Below, one piece after another: positions 43,480 to 64,000 of a stretch of 64,000 bases of DNA; position 1 is the first letter of the stretch; every line of letters starts with the position of its first letter. Source of the stretch: the human T2T-CHM13v2.0 reference genome, Homo sapiens; NCBI RefSeq assembly GCF_009914755.1, contig NC_060943.1; one strand, 5' to 3'. The position numbers were made by a program, and so were the translations under genes. A model generated the notes under the pieces. That model ran no database searches. It was not told where the DNA came from and worked only from the letters and a program-made list of their open reading frames with translations.

Positions 43480-43915
43480 ATTGTGGCTGCTGCACACGAC
43501 CCATGTTTCTCATCTCACAGCTCTGGGCTCAGAGTCCAACATGGGCCTCACTGGTTTAAAATCAAGGCACAGGCAGGGCTGGTCCCTCCTGGAGGCTCCA
43601 GGGGAGAATCTCTTTCCCGCCTTTCGCCTAGAGGTGCCCGTATCCCTCGGCTCGGGACCCTTCCTCCCCCTTCACAGACACAGCACAGCCTCTTCAGTCT
43701 CTCTCTGACTCTCACCCTCCTGCCTCCTCTCGTGAGGATCCTGTGAGGTCACTGCGCCCCCCCACCCCGGATCATCCACGGTGGTGCTCTCATGACTCAG
43801 GTGGTCCTTCACTCAATCCCACCTGCAGAGTCCCTTTTTCCATGTGTGGTGACACAGCCACAGCTCCCAGGGATTAGGACATGGATGTCTTTGAGGCCTT
43901 TGTTCTGCCAACCCC
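43480..43915 (-). mobile_element. MLT1-family LTR
   Basis: tctcacagctctgg...ggaggctccaggggagaatc...cacctgcagagtccctttttccatgt...gggattaggacatggatgtcttt. Confidence 0.75.
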
Positions 43916-44409
43916 AGCACATCCCAGACACTGGGTACCAAAGATGCCACTTGGATGGAAGGGGCTGGAGGCCATGGTGCAGGGAGTTCACAAAGGGTGT
44001 TACTTCCTGGAACCCACTCTGTTCCCAGGGCCGATCTCCTTCCCAGGACAGAGGCTCCCAGGCCCAGGCAGCCCTCGGATGTGAAGTGCCTGCCCCACCT
44101 CCATCCATAGCAGGTGCTGCTGCTGTGCATGGGCACACGTGGCCTGGTAGGCCCACCCCTCTGGGCTCTGCAGCAGGGGCCGGCCCGTCCGGGCACACAC
44201 ATGGCCAAGGATGGACCTCGAGCCTGGGGTTCTCTGCTGTGGCCCGTGGGCTCCAGGTCACATCATCAGAATGGCTAGAGGTCACCAGTATCATGTGTGA
44301 CATCTCCAGGGCCACCCCACTCCAGCCCTGGTGTTGTTAGAAAGTCCCGGAAAACTACAGGCCCAGGGAGCTTCTCCCTGAGGGCTAGGGATCATTACGG
44401 ATGTTTTCA

Positions 44410-45100
<691 letters not shown>

Positions 45101-46234
45101 CTAATGTCAGAGATGCTGATACCCAGAGACCCTGGTCGAAGGGATGTTCCAGCCAGGAGCGGCTTTCTCGTGAACTGTGCATGTTGTTTGCATCCCGACA
45201 GGTTCAAGTGACAAAGCTGGGCAGGCTGAGGCCACCAAAGGGTTTCCTGGGTCCCTGTTCCTGCCACACACCTTGAATCCTCAATGCCAAGGCAACTGCA
45301 AACCCGAGGGACCCCAGGGGGGACACTAGGTCTGGACATGAAGGTTTGGCAGCAAACTGTCAGGACCCCCGGAGAGAACCCTGACTCCTGTGCCAACCCA
45401 ACTGTGTCTGGCTCAACGCTCGACGCTCAAACACAGCAAACGGCAAGAAGGCAAGTCCAGGATATACGTTTTGGCAAAAATGGCAGCCGTGGGGGTGGAG
45501 GTGGAGGAGGACATGCACGGAGGGCTTAAACAGGGCTGTGTTTTTTTTTTTTTCTTTTAGATGGAGTCTCACTCTGTCACCCAGGTTGGAGTGCAGTGGC
45601 GGATCTCGGCTCACTGCAAACTCCACCCCCTGGGTTCAAGCAATTCTCTGCCTCAGCCTCCTGAGTAGCTGAGATTACAGGCGCCCGCCACCGCACCCGG
45701 CTAATTTTTGTATTTTTAGTAGAGACGGGGTTTCACTATCTTGGCCAGGCTGGTCTTGAACTCCTGACCTTGTGATCCACGTGTCTCGGCCTCCCAAAGT
45801 GCTGGGATGACAGACGTGAGCCACCGCACTGGCCGGGGCTGTGTTTTCATCTGGAGGTTTGCACGGGGCCGGGGCATTGTAAGGCTAAGCATGGGAATTT
45901 CAGTCTCTCCCCCAGAACCTTCTGGAGAGACACCACTGCAGCTACCACCGCTGCAGCTACCAGGCACCAGCTGACCAGGAGGGAGGAAACACAAGGCTGC
46001 TGTGTCTGGGGTCAGCCAGCAGGCCGGGGGTGAGGGCGGGGGTGACAGGGGAGCCAGCACACTTGTTGTGCACAAAGTTCCTTGTGACAGTGAGTTCGTC
46101 TTGGCCTCTGTCCCAAGATGAGGTTTTGATGACACGCATGGAATTTCTAACAATGAAATGGAGTGTGTGGTTTTGCTCACGCTTACATCCCCTTTTCTTG
46201 TCTATCCAAATTCCATTACGCCTTTTCTTGCTAA

Positions 46235-46592
<358 letters not shown>

Positions 46593-47901
46593 TAGCTGGT
46601 AGCTGGGATTACAGGCATCCAACACCAAGCCCGGCTAATTTTTTTATTTTTTGGTAGAGTCGCGGTTTCACCATGTTGTTCAGGCTGGCCTTGAACTCCT
46701 GACCTCAAGTGATCTCCGCCCACCTCAGCCTCCCAAAGTGCTGCGATTACAGGCAGGAGCCACCGCTCCCGGCCACCTCTGCTCACCTCCTCACCAAGCC
46801 CCAGCTTCTGTGACTGTCCCCCAGGGAGAGTGACCATGGCCCTGCTGGGCTCTGAGGGGCTTGTGCAGATGAGCAGGTGGCCTACACAGCCTGAGGGACC
46901 ACCAGCTGCTCTGTGGCAAGTCTCGTGACTCCAATCCCGCTCTGCCTCTGGCCAGCCCCCGGGCCTTGCCACATCTTTTGGTTGCCGAGCCTCAGTTTCC
47001 CCACCTATAAAATGGGGACAATGAGCCCTGCTCCCCAGGGATCCTAGGAGAACTAAAGGAATTGGAGCAGTGGACCTGGCCTGCAGGGGGCACGGGAGAG
47101 GTATCTGCTGAGTCGCTGAGTAGGGGGAGCTGAGGATCAGGGAGGCGTCAGTGGTGGGGATGGCCCGGCTGCTGGGAACAGGGCCAGGGGACTTAGCCAG
47201 GGCCCGACGAGAGCTGCCTGATGTCATTGCTGGAGCCTCTTGTCATCCCTCCCAGCAGATGCTGCAGCATAGGGACCTAATCCCCACGGCACGTGGCCAC
47301 ATGGCTGGCAGCTTGAGCTTGCGGCCTGGAGACACCTGAGCCTTGCCCAGGCAGCTCCGTGCCACCTGCCGTCCAGCCACGCTGCCATCAGCCAGCACTT
47401 GTGTGTCCCAGAGGACGGGGCTCAGGGCAGGCTCCAGGGACCTCACCCTGGCCGTTTGACCTCCAGCAAAGGAGGTCTGGTCTCCCGGTCAGAAAACAGG
47501 AGAGAGGGCAGGGACTTCTCCATGGAGAATATATTCATGGAGAAGGACGTAAAAGGATCCAGACCAGACACCACGGGCACATGCGACCCCTCGGCCATCG
47601 GCCAGGTTTTAAATCATCACTGTCTTCGTCGTCATCCTGAGTGTCATTTGTGTGGGGGCCGGGACTAGGGTGAGGCCATGCGGCACTCACCTTGGGGGCA
47701 AAATCTAGGGAACGCCAAAAAGCCCTGCCGTGCTGGTAAATTATATTTTCATACAATCTTTTATTATTTATATAAAAATATATTTATATGTATTTATTAA
47801 TATATATTTATCTATTATCTATAATATATAAATATGCATTTATAAATATATAAACAAATATATATTTATAAATATATAAAAACACATATACATATTTATA
47901 A

Positions 47902-49180
<1,279 letters not shown>

Positions 49181-49189
49181 CCTTAAGGA

Positions 49190-49560
49190 ACCAGAAAAGG
49201 AAGAACGAAGGCAGCCCCAAGCCAGCAGGAGGAAGGAAATTGTAAAGATCAGAGCAGCGATAAACGAGACAGAGATGAGAAAAACTGGCGAGTCGACGAA
49301 ACCAAAAGTTGGTTCTTTGAAAAGAGCTAGGTGATTGACAAACCTCTAGCGGGGCTGACCAAAAGCAAAACCAAAAAAAAAAAAAAAAAAGAGGAAATAA
49401 GATGCAGATAACTACACGCAGAAACGAAAGGAGGACATTACTACCAACTGTATGGAAATAAAAGGCATTATCAGAGAACACGGTAGCATTATGAACCAGT
49501 GTGTGACATCCAATTAGGTAATCTACACGAAATGGACAAATTCCTAGAAAAACGCGAATG
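49190..49560 (+). mobile_element. L1M ORF2 fragment
   Basis: aagatcagagcag...aaaagttggttctttgaaaaga...gacaaacctctagc...atggacaaattcctagaaa. Confidence 0.78.
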
Positions 49561-49629
49561 AAACAGATCAGCGATGGTTTCAGGTTCAGCTCACATCTCT
49601 TAGATACTGACATGCCAGCATGGTGCTGA

Positions 49630-50285
49630 GCATATATATATATACATATATATATATGTAATATACATTTTATATGCAATATATATGTTATATATTATAT
49701 GCAATATATTATGTTATATATTATATACTATATATTATATTTTATATGTACATCTCATTACATATATGTACACATTACATGTAATATCACATTACATATA
49801 TGTAATATCACATGTAATAAATCATATCACATACACGCACATATTACATGCAATATATCATACTACATACATGCACACGTTACATGTAATATGTTATATT
49901 ACATACATGCACACGTTACATGTAATATGTTATATTACACACATGTACACATTACATATAATATATTACATATATGTACATATTACATGCAATATATTAC
50001 ATATATGCACATATTGCATGTAATGTTATATCACACACATGTACGTATCATGTGTAATATATTATATCACATACATGTATATATGTAATATTGCATACAT
50101 GTACATATTATATGTAACATTGCATACATGTACATATTATATGTAATATTACATACATGTGCATATTGCATGTAATATATTGTATGTAATATATTATATG
50201 TAATATATATTACACATATGTATATATTATATGTAATATATAATATATTACACATATGTATATATTATATGTATATATGTATACA
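49630..50285. repeat. AT-rich (TA/CATA/ATATT)n tandem tract
   Basis: About 650 bp of ttacatatatgtacacattacatgtaata-type units. Confidence 0.9.
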
Positions 50286-50643
50286 CAGTGGCGTGCACCT
50301 ATAGTCCCAGCTACTCAGGAGGCTGAGGCAAAGGGATTGCTTGAACCCAGGAGTTCAAGATTGCAGTGAGCTATGATATAATAGTATATTATAGCAGTGA
50401 ACTATAATATATTATATATAATATATAATATATATATTTTTTTCTTTTCTTTAGAGACCTGGTCTCACTCTGTTGCCCAGCGTGGAGTCCCATGGTGCAA
50501 TCACAATCACAGCTCACAGTAGCCTCCACCTCCTGGGCTCAAGTGATCCTTCTGCCTCAGCCTCCCAAAATGCTAGGATGACAGGCACGTGCCACCACAC
50601 TGGGTATATTTTTTAAGAGACCGGGTCTCACTCTGTCACCTAG

Positions 50644-51141
<498 letters not shown>

Positions 51142-51404
51142 TAATCTTTGCAACCTTCCTGCAAAACGGAGAACGTCATCTCCACTGCAGACAGTTGACG
51201 CGAACCCACCCAAACGGGGCAGAGCTGGTAAAAGGGGATCTGGGATTTGAACTCAGGTTTCCTGGCTCTGAGCCCGGAGCCCTTTTATGGGATGACTCAA
51301 CCTCCCAAAGTGTCAGGCACACATAAAAGACTGGGGCTTGTTTGTTCCTTTTTCTAAAAAACAAGAGATTCCAACCTCATGAAGTAAGAGAAAATGCCAC
51401 ATAC

Positions 51405-51444
51405 CTTTTTTAGTTTTCCCAGGAATCACAGCTTGCTGTACACC
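51405..51444 (-). other. GNG7: GNG7 non-coding 5'UTR exon (40 nt)
   Basis: Minus strand reads ctctctccttttttaaacag|GGTGTACAGCAAGCTGTGATTCCTGGGAAAACTAAAAAAG|gtatgt. Strong acceptor and donor in unique sequence; the size fits my recollection of GNG7 exon structure. Confidence 0.85.
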
Positions 51445-51849
51445 CTGTTTAAAAAAGGAGAGAGAAAGAGAAAAGCATGGTTACATATTTTTTACTTACA
51501 AGGAACTCACAGAGCTACCTCCAGCTTTTATCGGAGAACGACGTTGCTGTCCCCAAAAATGAGGCATGGGAATTCGAAAGGGCCGTGCCCTCCGGAGAAA
51601 ACGGGGGCAGAATCCACTTTATTCTTTACCACCGATCCGTGCGGAGAAGACCTGGATGCTTCTCTTGCTGGACAACAGGGCAAATTATCTTCCAGAAACT
51701 TGTGTTATTCCATTTCAGAACAAGGAAGCCCCAACCCCACAGTCAAAGTCCAGTCCATCAGACACACCAGTGCAAGAAAAACAAAATACCCAGGCACGGC
51801 GCCTTCCCATGGAATACTTCGGTGTTTTTCCATCTCTGATTTCTACTTT

Positions 51850-52700
51850 TATGTAAGCCACGTGCCGGGCAAAGGGAGAGGTGGAAAGTGGAAACTGGGG
51901 ACAAACCAATTAACCCCGAATGGAGGAAGTGACAGGTATACGGGGGGCAGGAAGGCCGGGGGTCTCATGTGAGCCGCCCAGGGCCAGGAGGTCAATAGGA
52001 AGGAAAGAACGTCTCCAGGCCCCGGTGATTGGTCTCCGGGGGTCGGGGCGGTTGGGGCCTTTGGAGCTGCGGTTTTCCATGGAACGGAATCCTCTGTTCC
52101 AAGCCGGACCCTGCACAGAGCCAGGCCCCGTATCCGTCTCCAATGCACAGTGCACGGATCGCGAGGGGGGGCCCACGGCCGTCTCCAATGCACAGTGCAC
52201 GGATCGCGAGGGGGGCCCACGGGGACCACCTTCCGTGGTCTTTCCTGACTCCCACTAAGGTCTGGAGGGAGATCCAGGCAGCGATCTGCCCCCTCCAGCT
52301 TCGCGGCAGCCTCCTATTTCGTGGACAAGGAGGCCCGAGGCAGGCAAAGGCCCCTGCCTTGCGGAGCGTCTACACCGGCCGAGGTCATGGGGCCGGGACT
52401 TGCGCACAATGAACCCAGATGCCAGGTTCTGTGTCTCCCGGTTAGGCCACCACTGCTCTGCTGCTGAGCCGGCAGCCCCACTTGGAGAAGCCAGGAGCTG
52501 CACCACTGTCAGCTCTAGGGGAGGCCCCGTCCCGCCTAGCGGGGCTCACCCTGCAGTGGGCTTGCCCGGCGAGGTCAGCAGACGCCCCTGCACCGGGCCC
52601 AACCCAGGCCCAGCTTCCTGAGCTGCTCGAGGCCGGGCTGGGCCGGGTTCACGTGGCCAAGGCTGTTTCCCTCCTGCCCTGAAGGGCCCCTGTGGTCTCT
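51850..52700. promoter_or_regulatory. CpG-rich unique region; candidate internal GNG7 promoter or enhancer
   Basis: Dense CpG with no interspersed repeat recognised. CACGTG at 51859, CCAAT at 51906, AGGAAGTG at 51924, ATTGG at 52028 and GGGGCGG at 52045. Lies just upstream of the 40-nt exon. Confidence 0.5.
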
Positions 52701-53004
52701 GAAGCCGGCCAGGCCCCTCTTCCGTCACAAACATTTGCTATTTCCACAAACCAATGGGTTTTTTTCCACCGACACAAAGAAGAGCCACATGGCTGCTGCT
52801 CCTGGGCTGGAGTCCGGGCCACCCACACACGACACTTTCTCAGCAGCCCTGCGCCCCGGGGCTGCATTGGAGGCCAAGGAAGCTGAGGTCGGCGGGAAGC
52901 CTCCTCACCTTGCAGCCCAGCTGGGGAGGCCGAGTCCCGGCTTTCCCAGAGGCTCCCGGGTCTCAGCTGCAGGAAGGCGGTGACTGAGGTCACCTTCTCC
53001 TAAG

Positions 53005-53210
53005 CCAGGGTCTCTCCTCCCACCCAGCAATACGGACACCAGCGCCGGATTGTTCTCCGGGGCGGGAGCATCCTGGGCTCTGCAGGGTGGTGAGCTGCGT
53101 CCCTGGCATCCACCTGCTCCGTGCCAGGAGCACCCCCCAGATGTGTTGGCCACAAATGTCCCCAGACACTGCCCCGGGTCCCCTGGGGGGCAGAATCACT
53201 CCGTGTGAGA
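53005..53210 (-). mobile_element. MER20, solo copy
   Basis: gccaggagcacccccc...cacaaatgtccccagacactgcc...tcccctgggggcagaatcac. Confidence 0.8.
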
Positions 53211-53267
53211 TCCCTGACCTCTTAGTGACCTAGAGACATCCAGGGGGGCTGCCTCCCCTCCCACCTC

Positions 53268-53645
53268 TACACACACACACGCACACAGACACACGCACAC
53301 TCACACACATATGCACGCACACAGACACACGCACACACGTGCACACAGGAATACTCAGAGACACGCACCCACGTACACACGTGTACTGCACACTCACGCA
53401 CATGCACACAAAGACACGCGCACACACGTACACACAAGACACGTGCACACACATTTGCATGCACACACAGACACACATGCACACACAGACGCACATGTGC
53501 ACACACACGTGCACACACATTTGCACATACAGACACGTGCACACACAGAGGTGCACATACACGCACAGACACACATGTGCACACAGACACACACATGTGC
53601 ACACACACAGACACACACACACGTGCACGCACACATGCACGCAGG
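53268..53645. repeat. Degenerate (CA)n tract
   Basis: cacacacgtgcacacac-type sequence. Confidence 0.92.
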
Positions 53646-53947
53646 AGGGAGCGCCTCCACCCAGCCCTGCATCTGAAGCAAGGTCCTGCTAGTAAACATG
53701 CACAGACTCAAGAAACGAGGGGCTGCAGGACTTTTCCTCCTCCTGCCCAAAGGCACCTGCACTCACAAAAGACTCAGAGGCTCCGCCTGGCCGGGTCAGC
53801 GAATGGAGTTGTAGCACCGTTTCAGGACCGTGATAGAGAAAGACGGGAAGTTAGACTTCTGACCCGTCACAAACTCTGAGTAAGTGCGATGTGCCCAGGC
53901 CAGCCCGGTGTGACCTCAGCTCCTGATCCATAAAATCAGGACAGTGA

Positions 53948-54298
<351 letters not shown>

Positions 54299-54376
54299 TA
54301 GCCAGGATGGCCTTGATCTCCTGACCTCGTGATCCGCCCACCTCGGCCTCCGAAAGTGCTGGGATTACAGGCGTGA

Positions 54377-54622
<246 letters not shown>

Positions 54623-54903
54623 TGAGACTACAGCCACATGCCACCACACCCAGCTAATTTTTATTCCTGTAGAGATGGGGTTTTGCCATGTTGCCCAGGC
54701 TGGTCTCAAACTCCTGGGCCCAAGCGATCCTCCCACCTTGGCCTCCTAAAGTGCTGGATGACAGGTGTGTGCCACTGCACCCGGCCAGCAAAAATGGGTT
54801 TAAAGGCAGATGATCAAACCATGTTGTAGAACCTCAATTTTTAAAAATAAGAGAGTGTGTGTAGATGTCTGGGGAAAGGATAAAGTGCTGGGATTGTGGA
54901 TGA

Positions 54904-56497
<1,594 letters not shown>

Positions 56498-56726
56498 AGT
56501 ACAAACCCAGCCTGTCCCTCGCGCCCCTAGTGTGCTGAGGGCCTGGCCGTGGCAGGAAGGAAGGGACCGCCTCAGACCCCACATCACCCCATCCCCCAGG
56601 TCTGTCTCCCACCGGCCCCCAGGGTCGATTCTCAGGAGAGGAGGTCCGACCTGCTTTAGGGGGCCCAAGCAGGACCCCGTACCTCCACATCTTATTTCTG
56701 TGTCCCACCCAGCCCTTCCCTTGAGG

Positions 56727-57663
<937 letters not shown>

Positions 57664-57867
57664 TTAGGTCCTGTCACAGTTTTGGTGTCAGCACCACTGC
57701 CCTTCTGTGCCCAGGAGGGGCCCTGTCCTCCCCTTGTCCCTTCCTCTCTGCACCCTGGCCTGGGTCTTTGACCCTCCCAGCTCTTAGCACTCTTGGACAC
57801 ACAATCCCCACAAGAGCCTCTCTCAGAAAGATAGAAATGACACTGGTTGGCCGGGCGCAGTGGCTCA

Positions 57868-58718
<851 letters not shown>

Positions 58719-58781
58719 TAAATGATTAATACTCATGATTTCTGTTCAGCTGAAAGCTACACTCACTTTCAATACCTACAA

Positions 58782-59704
<923 letters not shown>

Positions 59705-59749
59705 TCCCAAGCATTATTGAGGTCACACTTTTTTTTGTTTTTGTTTTGA

Positions 59750-60044
<295 letters not shown>

Positions 60045-60367
60045 TGAACACTTCAGTGGGCTCATTTTATGTGTGAATTTTTAGCCTAATTGTGAACTGT
60101 TGAGTTATTTAAACCTTCGCACCCAAACTTCCTTGGTCCAGAGAGGATTTGAAGCTCATACATAAACAACACAGCAGCATTGCAAATCAAGGAATGGAGG
60201 AGACGGTGAAGGTGGTATTTGGGGGTGTTGGGTGGGGTGGGAGAAACAGCAGGGAAAAATCAAAGGATGGTTAGCCAATGAGAATGGTGTTCGTGTGTGT
60301 AAGGGCAGGCTCCTAAACAGGAGTGTAGCTAATTTTCAACTCAAGAAAAAGAATGTGTATTGAATGC

Positions 60368-61130
60368 AGTGGGTTGAATAGTGTCCCGCAAAAGCTCACG
60401 TCCTCCTGGAAGCTTGGCACGTAACCTTCTCAGAGATGGGGTCTCTGCAGATGGAAGATGATACGGATCTTGGGATGAAATCATCATCCTGTTTGTAGGG
60501 TGGGCCCTAAATCCAATGACTGGTGTCCTTTTAAGAAGGAGAGACACAGGCTGAGATTGGTGGCTCACACCTGTAAACCCAGAACTTTGGGAGGCCGAGG
60601 CGGGAGGATCGCTTGAGGCCAGGAGTTCGAGACCAGCCTGGCCAACATGGTGAAACCCCATCTCTACCAAAAATACAAAAATTAGCCAGGCATGGTGGCG
60701 TGCACCTGTACCACTCGGGAGGCGGAGGCACGAGAATTGCTTGAACCCAAGAGGCGGAGGTTGCAATGAGCCAAGATGGTGCCACCGCACTCCAGCCTGG
60801 GTGACAGAGCAAGACTCTGTCTCAAAACAGACAAACAAACACCAAGAAGGAGAGATTTAGAGATGCAGAGGAGAGGACATGGCTGTGTGGAGATGGAGGC
60901 AGAGACTGGGGTGACACGGCCACAAGCCAGACTCCTAGAGCCCCCAGAAGCTGGGAGAGGCCGGAAGGACCCTGCCCCTGGAGTCTCTGGAGGGAGCCTA
61001 GCCCTGCAGACACCTTGATCTCAGACTTCTGGCCTCCAAAAGTAGGAGAGGAGACTGTCACAAAATGTGTGTTATTTAAAGCCCCGCAATCTGTAATAAT
61101 TTGCATGGCACTCTAGGAAATGAATACATT
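60368..61130 (+). mobile_element. MLT1B-like LTR with a nested Alu
   Basis: gggttgaatagtgtccc...gggtgggccctaaatccaatgactggtgtcctt...ccttgatctcagacttctggcctcca...ctaggaaatgaataca. Confidence 0.8.
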
Positions 61131-61650
61131 GGTCATTTAAAAAAAAAAAAAGAATCAGGCCAGATGCGGTGGCTCATGCCTGCAATCCCAGCACTCTGGG
61201 AGGCTGAGGCAGGAGGACCACTTGAGACTAGGAGGTTGAGACCACTCTGGTCAACACAGTGAGACCCTGTCTTGAAATGGAATGAAATGAAATAAATACA
61301 ATAAAATATCCGCTAAGCTTCTGTGTCTCCCTGTAGCCATGACAACAGAAGACCCTGAGGTGGAGAAGATGACGCCTTCCTGTTGGAATCACGGGCTCAG
61401 ACTACATGGGGAAAACGGAAAACACACGTGCAACCCTCACACAACGTGTGCACCCTGCAGGCTCAAAAACCAAAGCTGTGCCGGGCGCGATGGCTCACAC
61501 CTGTCATCCCAGCACTTTGGGAGGCCGAGGCGGGTGGATCATGAGGTCAGGAGATCGAGACCAGCCTGGCCAACATGGTGAAACCCCGTCTCTACTAAAA
61601 AAATACAAAAATTAGCTGGACGTGGTGGCACACGCCTGTAATTCCAGCTA

Positions 61651-61758
<108 letters not shown>

Positions 61759-62187
61759 TCAAAAAAAAAAAAACAAAAACCAAAGCTGTTTGCGTCAAAG
61801 GAAGGGTCGGTTAGTTCCTTCCCTCCAGGACTGAATCCATGAGAACTGCAGAAATTTAGGATTAGGAACCAGTTCGCCCAGGGTTCCTAAAACCTGCAAT
61901 CACTGGGGGAGGCCCATCCCACCCGGAAGAACCTGATTGAGTGGTCTGGGGTGTGCCGGGCACAGGGCAGTTGAGACTCCAGGTGACAGTTACCGGCAGC
62001 TCAGGGTGGAGGCTGTGTGAGCCCGGCCGAGTCCTACAGGAAGCGTCTGCAGAGTGTAATGTGCTCAGCGCTTCTGCAGGGGACGGGCGGAATGATGTGT
62101 GCAGACATTTTAAACCATGGTAGAGGCTGGGCACGGTGGCTCACGCCTGTTATCCCAGCACTTCGGGAGGCCAGGGCAGGCGGATCA

Positions 62188-62745
<558 letters not shown>

Positions 62746-62886
62746 AAAGCCCTAAAAGGCGTCTCAGCCTGGCTCCGGGGGAAGGGTCCGAGACAGCAGA
62801 CCAGAACTGGGGCCACAGCAATGGTCGGGGGACACCTCCTTCCCCTCCCACCCCCACTGCTAAAGGACTGGCTAGAGGTTGTAAGG

Positions 62887-63434
<548 letters not shown>

Positions 63435-63575
63435 TCATGGGCCCTTGCTGGCTGACCTCTGCTCTAGAATCTCCTTAATTTCAAGTCATTGGGTTGGCCG
63501 TGATCATTCCTGTAGTGATGCTTCCAGAACACACCTTTTCCATCTGCAGGTTTATTTCTTCTCAGTTGTCGTCGA

Positions 63576-63577
<2 letters not shown>

Positions 63578-63621
<44 letters not shown>
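63578..63621. repeat. (TG)n microsatellite
   Basis: Pure TG run of about 21-22 units. Confidence 0.95.
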
Positions 63622-63622
<1 letters not shown>

Positions 63623-64000
63623 CATAGGGTCTCACTCTGTCACCCAGGCTGGAGTGCCCGTGGTGCAATCACGCTGCCTCGACCTCCCAGGCTCAAGCGA
63701 CCTCCCTGCCTCAGCCTCCTGAGCAGCTGGGACTACAGGTGCACACTACCACACCAGCTAATTTTTGCATTTTTTTGTATAGATGGGGTTTCGCCATTTT
63801 GCCCAGGCTGGTCTTGAGCTCCTGAGCTCAAGCGATCGTCCCACCTCGGCCTCCCAAAGTGCTGGGATTGCAAGCGTGAGCCGCTGCACTGGGCCGGTGT
63901 CCTCTGTCGTATCCTACTTAGGCACTGCCTCTGACGCTTCTGTGCTCCAGCGGCAGAGCTGAGTGCTGGAGCCGGAGACTGGGCCACAGAGCCGAAAACA

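Noticed and set aside
51394-51972. 192-aa antisense ORF across the 40-nt exon
   Set aside because: No recognisable homology or splice context, and it runs through the GNG7 polypyrimidine tract. It would need Ribo-seq or conservation support.

Overview
Primate genomic DNA, most likely human. It is GC-rich and very Alu-dense (about 85 Alus or fragments by hand count). The only supportable protein-coding gene is GNG7 (G-protein gamma-7; human 19p13.3 from memory) on the minus strand. Its visible parts are a 40-nt non-coding exon (51405-51444), a start-codon exon (16817-16934) and a terminal exon with CDS 11223-11348 and a ~3.8-kb 3'UTR ending after AATAAA at 7440-7445. The spliced product is 68 aa and ends in the CAAX motif CIIL. 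An elongin C (ELOC/TCEB1) processed pseudogene, broken by three Alus, lies antisense in the large intron. The rest is Alu, L1, L2, MIR, MLT1/MLT2 LTRs, DNA transposons (MER20, MER1A, MER82, MER58A, MADE1) and simple repeats. I see no novel multi-gene system. The least-explained structure is a ~650-bp MER20-spacer-MER20 cassette present four times, with all ten local MER20 copies sharing the same GC-rich variants. Other leads are an out-of-frame uORF overlapping the GNG7 start codon, a microsatellite-built cryptic acceptor that would remove the CAAX tail, a possible internal promoter, an AluS/AluYb8 mosaic and several repair scars. Repeat names come from remembered consensus sequences, and repeat boundaries are approximate.
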